Below are positions 8,539 through 18,434 of a DNA stretch of 40,000 nt, piece after piece. A program made the position numbers and the translations under genes. Source of the DNA: Atlantibacter hermannii (GTDB taxonomy: Bacteria > Pseudomonadota > Gammaproteobacteria > Enterobacterales > Enterobacteriaceae); contig LR134136.1 of NCBI GenBank assembly GCA_900635495.1, positions 3,312,704-3,352,703 on the forward strand, given 5' to 3'. The first letter of the stretch is position 1. Each line of letters opens with the position of its first letter. The notes beneath the pieces are model-generated. The model was not told the DNA's origin. It saw nothing but the letters and a program-made list of their open reading frames with translations, and ran no database searches.

Positions 8539-8877
8539 TTCTTTTTATGGAGAATAAGTTGTTTAAATACAGTAAATTAAAAAATCACGACGGTTTTTCA
8601 CCCGGTGATTACCGCATGTTCGGCAGAAGTGTCGAACATTTTCGCGGTAACCCGGGCTGACGGCCACGCACGGCCTGTCCTCGGAGAATTGCGTTCCGAT
8701 AACCTGTCCGTCAGGCCGCCAGGAGATTCTGAAGGACTTACTGATTGACTGAATTTTTGCAACCGATCACAAAACAGCGTTTATGATGCCGTATGTCGAA
8801 TGTCGATATATTCCGCATGACAAAACTGCTGCTATTTCATACGACACTTTTGTCTCTACCTGTAGGGTTATTTTTAA

Positions 8878-9733
8878 TTAATGTCGTTGATTCGCCGGAT
8901 TAAGATAGATAATCCAGTAGGTAATCCCGACCAGTACGCCGCCGCCAATAATATTGCCAATCGTGACCGGTATTAGATTATTAAAAATAAAATCATTAAC
9001 CGTTAATGCCGGAAAGCGATCCGCCGTCATGCCTATTGAATGCCAGAAGGCATCCGGCGCGAAATAGCGAATAACGATACCCATCGGGATCAAAAACAGA
9101 TTGGCAATGCTGTGCTCGAATCCACTCGCAACAAACATGGCGACAGGAAATAACATTGCCACAACTTTATCCGTCAGTGAATGGCCCGAATAACTCATCC
9201 ACACCGCCAGGCAGACCATCAAATTACACAACGTGCCTAAACATACCGCTTCGAAAAAGGTGTGGTGCAGCTTATGGTCAGCCGTGTTGAGTACGCTCAA
9301 TCCCCACTGGCCGTCTACGGCCATGTACTGCCCGGCTCCCCAGATGAGCGCCACCAGGAACAGCGCGCCAGCCATATTGCCCAGATAAACCACTATCCAG
9401 TTAACAATCAATTGCCGCCAGGTAATAAGCCCGCTGGCGCGGGCGACTACCGTGAGAACTGTTGAGGTAAACAGATCGGCGCCGCAAATGACCACCAGTA
9501 TTAATCCCATCGCAAAACACAAGCCGCCCGCCAGTTTTGTCAAACCGTTCGCCGGACTGCCGGTAATAACCGTGATATAAAAAACAAATGCCAGACCAAT
9601 AAAAACCCCGGCGGTTATCGCAAGAAAAAAAAGATAACGATTTCTTTTTTGTCGCTTTATAACAGCCAGCCTGTTCCGCCACTTTTGCCATTTCCGCTGG
9701 CAAACGCAAATCAAAAAAATTATTGTCGTTCAT
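8878..9733 (-). pseudogene. focB: FocA/FocB-family formate channel. The sequence is FocA-like and the position is focB-like. There is one frame break as assembled.
   Basis: ORFs 9401..9748 and 8878..9714 join as MNDNNFFDLRLPAEMAKVAEQAGCYKATKKKSLSFF|LAITAGVFIGLAFVFYIT…FEHSIANLF…NIIGGGVLVG. The break is in the A8 run 9625-9632 (T8 on the coding strand). Removing one base gives ~284 aa. The start is taken as ATG 9733, with ATG 9745 as an alternative. Confidence 0.85.
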
Positions 9734-10096
9734 GTTGATCACCATCAAATCGGATTAAAAATAGAGACAGCATCACACGCGACTTATGCATAATCTGTAC
9801 CACTCGATTTTTATTGGCGGTAGACGTTGACTTAACCAGCAAATTTGCCTGAAAGCTGGACTAATGAGAATAATTACCAACAATAAAACCGAATAACCTG
9901 ACCTGGCGCGTTCAAATCAAATAGCCGTGACGGTATACTTTTTTATCGGTGAAATTTTTATCCGGATTCTTTCCTGTCGTGGGACGAAACCTGCAAAGGT
10001 GACCTCCCTGGCGCGGCGCGGCTCGCAAAGGCTGGCCCCTGACGCACGGGCAATGCGAAGGATGAAGGGTATACAGGCTTATTTTCACCTGACATC

Positions 10097-12120
10097 ATGG
10101 TGATAAATGTGACAATGGCTTATGACAACGTGACGACATCTTCTTCAATGCAGGAGAGTATGCAACGGATAGCGCAAGCGCTTTATTTGCAAAGCGATAT
10201 TCCGGGTTTGCTGCACACGCTGATCCGCCATCCGGCGTTGCCGTACCTTCCCGCAGCGCTGGAACTGCGGCTGCCTCACGTTCGCTGGCATTGTAATGCC
10301 GAAGGTAACGTCGCCAAACAGGATACGCTGTTTTCCGCCTCTCAGGACGAACCTCAGGATGCCTTTATTCAGCCGCTTACCGTAAACGGCAACGCGCTGG
10401 GCCGACTGTTATTTATTCCGCCCGCGCACACGCCTTTTAGCGAGCAAGCGAAACGATGGTTCTCCCAGCTGTGCCCTTCAGTTGCCGCCCTGTTGCAGCA
10501 TTTACTGACCCAGGAAGCCTTGCAGAATGAGTGTCGGCAGCTGCGTGACGAACGCGATCACTTTCGTATTCTGGTCGACACCACCAATTCGGTGATCTCC
10601 CATCTCGACATGCACGCGCTGGTCTCTGAAGTGTCAAAAGAGATCCACCGTTTTTTCGGGATCGATTATATCGGCATGGCTTTGCTGGACGCCGATTCCC
10701 GGCATGCGCGGTTCGATCTCTTCTCCACCTGGTATGCGCCCGGCGCGCCGCTGGTCAGCGAGCGTGAATTTATTGCCATGCAGGATACCCTGCTCTCCCA
10801 GAGCAGCGCGCAGCCGCAGCTTTGCGTAATGCAGCTTAATAATGAAGATGAAAGAGTCCGGAAAGACGCCCTGCTTGCCCGCGCCACCCGCAACGGGCTG
10901 AATAATGTCTGCCTGCTGCCCTTACAATTCGGCCATGAGCCGCAAGGCGTACTGGTACTCGCCCATCGCAGCGGCGGAATGTTCCAGGGAAGCCATCTCC
11001 ATCTGTTGCAGCAAATCGCGGCGCGTATCAGCATCGCCGTGGATAACGCCAGCGCTTATAGCGTGATTAACCGGCTTAAAGAGACGCTGGAAATCGAGAA
11101 TATCTGGCTTAACGAACAGATTGGCAGTGAAGAGCACTTCAGCGAAATCATCTATCAAAGCCAGGCGATGAAAGAGGTGATCACCCAAATCGAGATGGTG
11201 GCGCAGAGCGACTGTACGGTATTGATTTTGGGTGAAACCGGCACCGGTAAAGAGCTGGTGGCGCGTGCGATCCATAATTTGAGCCAGCGCAAAAGGTCAC
11301 CGGATGGTGAAAATGAACTGCGCCGCGATCCCTGCCACGCTGATTGAAAGCGATCTGTTTGGGCATGAAAAAGGCGCGTTTACCGGTGCGACATCCACCC
11401 ATATTGGCCGTTTCGAACACGCTGAAGGCGGATCGCTGTTCCTGGATGAAGTGGGCGATATGCCGCTTGAGCTGCAGCCGAAACTGCTGCGCGTCCTGCA
11501 GGAACGCGAGATCGAACGCCTTGGCAGTAACCGGGTGATCCCGGTGAACGTGCGGCTGATTGCCGCCACCAACCAGGATTTGCATCAAAAGTCACTGGAT
11601 CGCGAATTCCGTAGCGATCTCTATTACCGTCTGAATGTGTTCCCCATTCTGATCCCGCCGCTGCGCGAGCGTCCGGAAGATATTCCGTTACTGGCAAAAC
11701 ATTTCACCCAAAAAATCTCGCGCCGGATGAACCGCACCATCGACAGCATTTCTGCCGAAGGGATGCGCCTGTTAAGCCAACTGCCATGGCCGGGTAACGT
11801 GCGTGAACTGGAAAAACGTCATTGAACGGGCGGTGATCCTGAGCCAGGGCAACACGCTGCATCTTCCCCTGGAAAAATTACGCCACTATCTGCCTGCCGA
11901 AGCGCCTGCGCCGGTGCGGACGTCTCGTCCAGCGCCTGCGATGATCACCCCGCCGGTGCCGGAACATGATGACGCCGAGCGCGAACGGATTATCCAGGTG
12001 TTGCGGGAAACCAACGGCATTGTCGCAGGGCCTCGCGGTGCCGCGGCGCGGCTGGGGTTAAAGCGCAGTACGCTGTTATCAAGAATGCAGAGGCTGGGAA
12101 TATCGGCGCGGGAGATTTAA
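10097..12120 (+). pseudogene. hyfR: sigma54-dependent formate hydrogenlyase activator (HyfR/FhlA family). There are two frame breaks as assembled.
   Basis: ORFs 10097..11347, 11304..11825 and 11803..12120 join into ~673 aa. The domains are an N-terminal GAF-type region, an AAA+ core (GETGTGKELVARAIH…GAFTGA…[14 protein letters not shown]…RELEN) and a C-terminal HTH (AARLGLKRSTLLSRMQRLGI). The breaks are at AAAA 11291-11294 (NLSQRK|[13 protein letters not shown]) and AAAAA 11812-11816 (GNVRELE|NVIERAVIL). The exact start is uncertain; ATG 10115 is also possible. Confidence 0.85.
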
Positions 12121-12141
12121 GTAAGCAGTTGAAAAAACAAC

Positions 12142-12169
12142 AACGCCGGGGACATTTCACCCCGGCGTT
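12142..12169 (-). terminator. Terminator shared by the convergent hycI-like gene and hyfR
   Basis: The 10-bp stem AACGCCGGGG / CCCCGGCGTT has an 8-nt loop. On the minus strand it is followed by GTTGTTTTTTC. On the plus strand there is no T-run, so it is weaker for hyfR. Confidence 0.7.
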
Positions 12170-12186
12170 GTGCATCTGAAGGCGGC

Positions 12187-12681
12187 TTATATTTCTTCAG
12201 AAGCCTCAATCACCAGCGCTTCAATCCCTTCGGGACCTTGCCAGTTTTCCAGATGCTGATACAACCGCTCCACCGCGTCACACACCGCCGGGGTAACGGG
12301 AAAGTAAAACGCCACAATATCCGGTTGAATGCCGATAAAGGTGACTTCCGGCACATCGTCCTTCAGGCTGTCGATAAGAAACGTCAGCGGCATGGTATGG
12401 GTGCTGACGATAAACATGTCGGCGATATCGTTGGGGTCCACCACCCGGATTTCACCCGGACTCAGCCCCATATCCGTGGCGTCCACCACCACGACCCGCG
12501 AAGGATTCAGCGCACGAACCTGATGCACCACGTTTTCCGGTGCTGAACCGCCGTTCACCACCGTCCATCCTGATACCGGATCCCGGAGCATTTTCTCGCC
12601 AAGCATCGGCCCGGCGCCGTCATCGCCCATCATGCTGTTGCCGACAGTGAGCACGACGCCGTTGATTTCTGAGGGTTTCAT
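12187..12681 (-). CDS. hycI: HycI-type [NiFe]-hydrogenase large-subunit maturation endopeptidase
   Basis: The 164-aa ORF has VGNSMMGDDGAGP…GGSAPEN…VDATDMGL.PGEIR…THTMPL motifs colinear with E. coli HycI. Its ATG overlaps the hyfJ stop (ATGA). Confidence 0.9.
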   Translation of the reverse strand: MKPSEINGVVLTVGNSMMGDDGAGPMLGEKMLRDPVSGWTVVNGGSAPENVVHQVRALNPSRVVVVDATDMGLSPGEIRVVDPNDIADMFIVSTHTMPLTFLIDSLKDDVPEVTFIGIQPDIVAFYFPVTPAVCDAVERLYQHLENWQGPEGIEALVIEASEEI

Positions 12682-13097
12682 GGTTTCCTCTTCACGATCA
12701 GGTAAATGGCAGGTTCGCGCACAATCTCGCCCATCAGGCGAATCAGCGTGGCGCTCCAGTGGTTAAACGGCTCAGCCGCACTGTCGCGCAACGGCGCAAG
12801 CGCATTTGCCAGCAGCGAAGTATGGGGTGGAGTCGATGGTGATTTCCCCGAAGGTTAACAGCCCCTGCAATTTGCGTCTGGCCTCCCCTTCCGGCAGAAG
12901 CGCAAGCCACTGCTGATATTGCTCAAGGGGGCATACCAGTTCGGTTTTCAGGCAGTCGATCATCCCAAACGTGATGGCCTATCGCCAGCGAGTAGTACAT
13001 CACCTGCTGCGCTTCTTCCGGCACGTCGTCATCGCTGTCGACGAATTTCTGGCGCAGCGACCAGAACACCACTTCCGGCGGACGGGGTATTAGCCAT
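12678..13097 (-). pseudogene. hyfJ: HyfJ/HycH-family hydrogenase maturation/assembly protein. There are three frame breaks as assembled.
   Basis: Pieces in three frames join as MANT..E|VVFWSLRQKFVDSDDDVPEEAQQVMYYSLAIGHHV|GMIDCLKTELVCPLEQYQQWLALLPEGEARRKLQGLLTFGEITIDST|HTSLLANALAPLRDSAAEPFNHWSATLIRLMGEIVREPAIYLIVKRKP. This is colinear with E. coli HycH. The breaks are within 13075-13087 (CCGG or GGGG run), 12964-12969 (CCCAAA) and GGGG 12824-12827. ATG 13097 overlaps the hyfI stop (ATGGCTAA) and has GGGAGG upstream. Confidence 0.75.
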
Positions 13098-13884
13098 GTT
13101 GGCCTCCCGGTAATGCACCTTGCTGTAGTAACCCGGCCAGACGCTGAACAATTTCCCGCAACCGTGGATCGTTTTCTTCGTTAAGCCACTGGGACAAACG
13201 CGGCGCGACTTCACTCACCGACGCGCCGTGCAGACGTTTTAAAAACTCATCGCTGATAAGCCGCCCCTGCCAGTAACCGCCCATGCGGCGGGCTTCGCGC
13301 TCAATCATGACGCGGGTAGCCAACGGCACTTCCGGCAGGATCAACGCCGCTTTTTCACCGATGGCTTCAATATGCTGTTCGCCTTTGAGTTTCTGATCGA
13401 GCAGCCCCAGCGCCACCGCAAAGCCGTACAGCGTAGCCGCCGGGGTCGGCGGGCAACCGGGGATCCATACGTCGATGGGCACGATAGATTCGCTGCCGCT
13501 CCACACGCAGTACAAATCGTGGAAAATACCGCCGCCGCATCCGCATGCGCCGTAGGAGATACAGATTTTCGGGTCCGGTGCCGATTCATAGGCACGCAGC
13601 GCCGGAACGCGCATGGCGCGCGTCACCGCGCCGGTAAACAACAGAATATCGGCATGGCGTGGAGACGCGACGACCTTAATGCCGAAACGTTCCGCGTCAA
13701 ACAGCGGCGTAATCGCCGAGAAGATTTCGATTTCGCAGCCGTTACAGCCGCCGCAGTCAACGCGGTAAACGTAGGCGGAACGCTGGATGTCCTTCAGCAA
13801 GGTAGTTTTAAGCTTCGCGGCCTGTTCATCCAGCAGGATCGGCTGGCTAACGTGATGATTGACCTTAATATCCGGCAGGCTCAT
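13090..13884 (-). CDS. hyfI: Hydrogenase-4 small subunit (NuoB-like)
   Basis: The 264-aa ORF has NuoB/HycG-type motifs ([10 protein letters not shown]…[12 protein letters not shown]…CISYGACG…IPGCPP). Its ATG overlaps the hyfH stop. Confidence 0.92.
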   Translation of the reverse strand: MSLPDIKVNHHVSQPILLDEQAAKLKTTLLKDIQRSAYVYRVDCGGCNGCEIEIFSAITPLFDAERFGIKVVASPRHADILLFTGAVTRAMRVPALRAYESAPDPKICISYGACGCGGGIFHDLYCVWSGSESIVPIDVWIPGCPPTPAATLYGFAVALGLLDQKLKGEQHIEAIGEKAALILPEVPLATRVMIEREARRMGGYWQGRLISDEFLKRLHGASVSEVAPRLSQWLNEENDPRLREIVQRLAGLLQQGALPGGQHG

Positions 13885-14432
13885 GATTTTTCTCCCACAG
13901 CAATCTGGCGCATGCGCAGCGACCCGTTAGTGCTCAGGTTGTATTTTTGACGGCAGCCCGGGCAGCACTCGTACACTTCACGCAATGCCTCAACGGTGTC
14001 GGGATCGCCGCTGGACTGGGCCAGCAAATCCATCGTCAGCGCCAGCGCCTTTTTGGTGGTGAATGGCTGGTTGCACTGCGGGCAGCTGTGCAGCGCGAAA
14101 GTCGCTGTGGTGTACAGATCGGCCTTTTGGGTCACTGCCAGTTCAAACTCTTCCGACAACACAATCGCCCGGGTCGGGCACACTTCTTCACAGCGGGCGC
14201 AGAAAATGCAGCGGCCATAGAAGATTTGCCATACCCGTTCACCGGTTGTGGTGTCGGTTTCCATGGTCAACGCATTCGCCGGGCAAGCCACGGTACACGC
14301 GCCGCAGGCGATACATTGTTCGGCGTCATACACCGGTTTGCCGCGAAAGCCGGGGCAAACTTCCAGCGGTTTAAACGGGTACTTAACCGTAGCTTCGCCC
14401 GTTTTGAGGATGGTTTTAAACAGTTTCAGCAT
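13881..14432 (-). CDS. hyfH: Hydrogenase-4 2x[4Fe-4S] ferredoxin subunit (NuoI-like)
   Basis: The 183-aa ORF begins [20 protein letters not shown] and has two CxxCxxCxxxCP motifs. It is colinear with E. coli HyfH. Confidence 0.92.
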   Translation of the reverse strand: MLKLFKTILKTGEATVKYPFKPLEVCPGFRGKPVYDAEQCIACGACTVACPANALTMETDTTTGERVWQIFYGRCIFCARCEEVCPTRAIVLSEEFELAVTQKADLYTTATFALHSCPQCNQPFTTKKALALTMDLLAQSSGDPDTVEALREVYECCPGCRQKYNLSTNGSLRMRQIAVGEKS

Positions 14433-14442
14433 CGTTTAGTCC

Positions 14443-16179
14443 TCACTTGAGCGGCGACTGATTGCGCTCAATCCCGTAACGCTCAATTTCCTGATACGGC
14501 ACGGTTTTGACGCTGCGTTTACGCACGTCCACCAGCGTCACGCGGTCGGTACAGGAGTAGCAGGGATCGAGGCTGCCGATAATCAGCGGTGCATCGGAGA
14601 CGGTATTCCCCTGCAGCATGTAGCGCAGCACCGGCCAGTTGGCGTAGGTCGCTGCACGGCAGCGCCAGCGGTAAAGTTTCTGGTTGTCGCCGAGCATGCT
14701 CCAGTGAATATCTTCACCGCGCGGCGCTTCGGTATAGCCCAGCGCGAATTTGTGCGGCTTATAGGTAAAGCCTTCGGTCAGGATGTCGCCGTCAGGCAGG
14801 TTATCCAGGGCGTATTCAATCATCGCCAGCGAGTCGAACACCTCTTTCACGCGCACCATAACCCGTGAGAACACATCACCGCCGTCCATGGTGAACAGGG
14901 TTTTGGGCAGGTTGCCGTAGTCGGCGAACGGGTGGTCGAAACGCACATCGCGGGCAAAGCCACTGGCGCGGATCATCGGCCCCACCGGGCTGTGGTCGCG
15001 GGCGACTTTACGATCCAGCACGCCCACGCCCACGGTGCGCTGTTCGATATTTGGCGTCGTCAGCAGCATATCCACCAGGTTCTGGAACTCGACGCGCATT
15101 TCGCGCACCAGCTTCAGGGTGTTGAGGCGTTGGGTTTTATTGATATCGCGACGTACGCCGCCAATCAGGTTCATGCCATAGGTTTTGCGCGCCCCGGTCA
15201 GCAATTCCGCCATGGTCATGGATTTCTCCCTGATGCGGAAAAATTGCATAAAGCCGGTGTCGAAGCCGACAAAGTGACTGCTCAGCCCGATATTTAACAG
15301 ATGGCTGTGAAGGCGCTCCACTTCCAGCAAAATACTGCGGATGGTGTGGGCGCGTTGCGGCACATAAATGCCCAGCGCATTTTCCACCGAAGTCGCGTAG
15401 GCCACGCTGTGAGTGAACCCGCAGATACCGCACACGCGGTCAGACAGGAACGTCACTTCGTTATAACCCATACGGGTTTCCGCCAGTTTTTCCATGCCGC
15501 GGTGGACATAGAACAGGCGGTAGTCGGCATCGACAATCTGTTCGCCATCAACGAACAAACGGAAGTGGCCCGGTTCGTCGGAGGTGATATGCAGCGGGCC
15601 AATCGGCACGACGCGGGTTTCACCGGTGGCTTCGTTAACGAAGGGATAGGTTTCGGTATCGGTGGTCGGCTCCGGACGCTGACGATAATCCATAGTGTCT
15701 TTGCGCAGCGGATAGAGATCGTCCGGCCAGTCGTCCGGTAGCACCAGGCGGCGCTCATCCGGCAAACCGACCGGCTTCAGGCCGTACATATCGCGTACTT
15801 CGCGCTCCCCCCACACCGCAGCAGGGACGCGCGGCGTGACGGACGGATACTCCTGCGTAATCGGGCTGACATACGCTTTCACGGTTATCCAGCACTTCTC
15901 TTCGCCTTCCAGCGACAGCACGTAATACACCGCGAACTGGCCGTTTAACGGGCGTTCGTCATTACCGAACAGCACCGGCAGCCAGCCGTTAAGCTGGTAA
16001 TAAATAAACTCCACCACTTCCGGCAACGCGTCAGTTTTAACCGTAATGGTGAGCTGATCCGCCGTTTGCCATTCCTCGTCCAGCACCGCCGACGGGAACT
16101 TCTGGCGGATTTGCGCCAGATAGCCCACGCCACGTCTGGCGCTGCTTTGCATATTGTTGACGAAATTTTCGTAGCTCAC
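14443..16179 (-). CDS. hyfG: Hydrogenase-4 [NiFe] large (catalytic) subunit (NuoC/NuoD fusion-like)
   Basis: The sequence is colinear with E. coli HyfG/HycE. It has the N-terminal Ni-binding RVCGICG and the C-terminal DPCYSCTDR with an HycI-cleavable tail. The start is taken as GTG 16179, 7 nt after AGGAGAAG. ATG 16152 and the ORF-track start 16212 are alternatives. Confidence 0.92.
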   Translation of the reverse strand: MSYENFVNNMQSSARRGVGYLAQIRQKFPSAVLDEEWQTADQLTITVKTDALPEVVEFIYYQLNGWLPVLFGNDERPLNGQFAVYYVLSLEGEEKCWITVKAYVSPITQEYPSVTPRVPAAVWGEREVRDMYGLKPVGLPDERRLVLPDDWPDDLYPLRKDTMDYRQRPEPTTDTETYPFVNEATGETRVVPIGPLHITSDEPGHFRLFVDGEQIVDADYRLFYVHRGMEKLAETRMGYNEVTFLSDRVCGICGFTHSVAYATSVENALGIYVPQRAHTIRSILLEVERLHSHLLNIGLSSHFVGFDTGFMQFFRIREKSMTMAELLTGARKTYGMNLIGGVRRDINKTQRLNTLKLVREMRVEFQNLVDMLLTTPNIEQRTVGVGVLDRKVARDHSPVGPMIRASGFARDVRFDHPFADYGNLPKTLFTMDGGDVFSRVMVRVKEVFDSLAMIEYALDNLPDGDILTEGFTYKPHKFALGYTEAPRGEDIHWSMLGDNQKLYRWRCRAATYANWPVLRYMLQGNTVSDAPLIIGSLDPCYSCTDRVTLVDVRKRSVKTVPYQEIERYGIERNQSPLK

Positions 16180-16180
16180 G

Positions 16181-17768
16181 TTACTTCTCCTGACGGTTAA
16201 GGGTGGCGGCACGGTCGGCAGTCACCGACGCGTCGCTGGTGGCCCACGGCCACGAATAGCGCTGTTGAGAATCGGACTGATTCATGACAATGGTGGAAGC
16301 GCGCTCAAGCATGTAGGTGACGGGTTTGGGAATGTGCGTCCCCATCACCAGCATCAGCACTAACAGGATCAGCAGCGGCATGGTGGTTAATAACCCAAGC
16401 TCGCCTTTTGCCACCGCCTGCGGTGCTTCGCCAAAGCAGACTTTGGCAACCATGCGGATCAGCCCGCCTAACACCACCGTCAGCAGCAACAGCAGCACAA
16501 TGGTCAGCCACAGATGCTCGCCCGCCAGCCCGGCGGTGACGGTCATAAATTCGCTAAGAAACACGTTGAACGGTGGCATACCGCCAAGCGCCAGTGCGCC
16601 GCCTGCCAGCAGCACCGCGCTGAACGGCGCGACGCGCATCATGCCGCGCACCACATCAAGATCGCGGGTGCCATATTTCAACAGCAGGTTGCCGGAGCCG
16701 CAGAACAGTAGCGCTTTCGCCAGGCTATGGTTGAGGGTATGCAGCAGCCCGGCCAGCACGCCGAGCGGCCCACCGATGCCGATAGCCACGGCGATAAGCC
16801 CCATATTCTCCACGCTCGAATAGGCCAGCAGACGTTTGACGTCGCGCTGAACGAGGATAAAGAACGCCGCGACCGCCACCGACAACATGCCGAAGACAAT
16901 CAGCAAGGTATTGGGGAACTGCGGGCCAATCGATGCGCTGATCAGGATGTAGTAACGCACGATGATCAGCAGCGCGCAGTTCAGCAGTACCGCCGAGAGC
17001 AGCGCACTGGTCGGGCTTGGCGCTTCACTGTGCGCATCCGGCAGCCAGGCGTGCATCGGAAAGATGCCCATCTTGGTGCCAAAACCGATCAGCACGAACA
17101 CAAACGCCAGATGCATCAGCGTCGGGTCCAGCAGATCCGGGTGTTTCATCACTTCGGTCCAGAAAATGGCGTCGCCGGGGGTTCGGCAGGACACCCGCCG
17201 CGTTGGAGTACACCAGCACCGTCCCGTAAAGGCCAAACGCCACCCCGACGGTACAAATGATGATGTACTTCCAGGCGGCTTCCAGCGACGAGCGCTGGCC
17301 GTACAGGCCAACCAGGAACGTTGAGCTGAGCGTTGTGGCTTCGATAGCCGCCCACATCAGGATCAGGTTGTTACTGGTCACCACCAGCAGCATGGTGAAA
17401 ATAAACAGGTGGAAAAAGCCGTAGTAGTTGCACAGGCTTTTCACGCTCAGTTCGCCGCTTTTTACTTCATGGTTCATATATCCGATGGAGTAAAGCCCGG
17501 TTAAGAAGCCCACCACGCCCAGCAGTCCCAGGAACAGGCCGCTCAGGCTATCAAGGTGCAGCCACTGATGCGCCGCCAGTAAATCCTGGTACTCATACAC
17601 TTGCGCCACGCCCCACAGGCTGACGCCCAGCAGCGCGGTAATGGCGACGGTGTGAACCGCTGTCACCACGCCACGTGCGCCGTCGCCGAGCAGACGGCAG
17701 GCGAACGCCAGTAGCGCGGCTACCAGCGGTACGCCCAGCAGCCAAAGAAACATCGTACTGTCATTCAT
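16181..17768 (-). pseudogene. hyfF: Hydrogenase-4 membrane subunit (NuoL/M/N antiporter-like). There is one frame break as assembled.
   Basis: ORFs 17025..17768 and 16181..17311 join at …[10 protein letters not shown]|[16 protein letters not shown]… into ~528 aa (my recollection of E. coli HyfF is about 526 aa). The break is in the GGGGG run 17177-17181. Confidence 0.88.
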
Positions 17769-17772
17769 CTGC

Positions 17773-18423
17773 TTACCCCTTCAGCGCCGTCAGTTGATCA
17801 ACATTCAGCGTGTTGAGCGTATGGAAAATTTTGCGCGCCAACACCGCCATCACGATCACGGCAAAAATAGCGTCCGTAGCGATTCCGATTTCCACCAGTT
17901 CCGGCGCGCGGTTCGCCAGCAGCGCCAGCGTCAGATGCGAGCCGTTTTCCATCAGGCAGTAGCCAAACACCTGTTTAAGGATGTTGCGTTGCGTGACGAT
18001 ACACAGCAGCCCCAGCAGGAAGTGGCCGAGGGACACCGCCAGCGCCGGTTTCAGCTCCGTCACCAGCGGCACCGTCACCGGTTCCACCACGAACCAGGCC
18101 AGCAGCACGATGGCCGCAGCGGCCACCATTAACAGCGCCGGGCTGATAATCCCGGCATTGGCGCTGGGATCGGAGAGTTTGCGAAAGGCGTATCCCATAA
18201 TCAGCGGCACCATCACCACTTTGGTGATGAAAGCACTGATCGACCAGGAGAGCAGCTCATGGGCGTTCAGGGTTTCCGCCAGCGTGACAAAAATGCCTAC
18301 CAGCATCAGTGATTGCAGCGCATAGAACCAACACGCGGCGGCAGGACGTTTGACGCCAATCACCAGCAAGGACGTGATCATCATCACGCCGGCGAGGTTA
18401 TTGACGATAAGTGTTCCGGTCAT
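17773..18423 (-). CDS. hyfE: Hydrogenase-4 membrane subunit (NuoK-like)
   Basis: From ATG 18423 (GGGAG upstream) the protein [12 protein letters not shown]… is 216 aa and colinear with E. coli HyfE (…[11 protein letters not shown]…[18 protein letters not shown]…). Confidence 0.9.
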   Translation of the reverse strand: MTGTLIVNNLAGVMMITSLLVIGVKRPAAACWFYALQSLMLVGIFVTLAETLNAHELLSWSISAFITKVVMVPLIMGYAFRKLSDPSANAGIISPALLMVAAAAIVLLAWFVVEPVTVPLVTELKPALAVSLGHFLLGLLCIVTQRNILKQVFGYCLMENGSHLTLALLANRAPELVEIGIATDAIFAVIVMAVLARKIFHTLNTLNVDQLTALKG

Positions 18424-18434
18424 ATTCGACTCCC

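Noticed and set aside
8797-8812. A ModE (molybdate regulator) site at GTCGATATATTCC upstream of hydN.
   Set aside because: This is only a partial match to one half of the CGNTATATA-N-TATATANCG type palindrome, with no second half-site.
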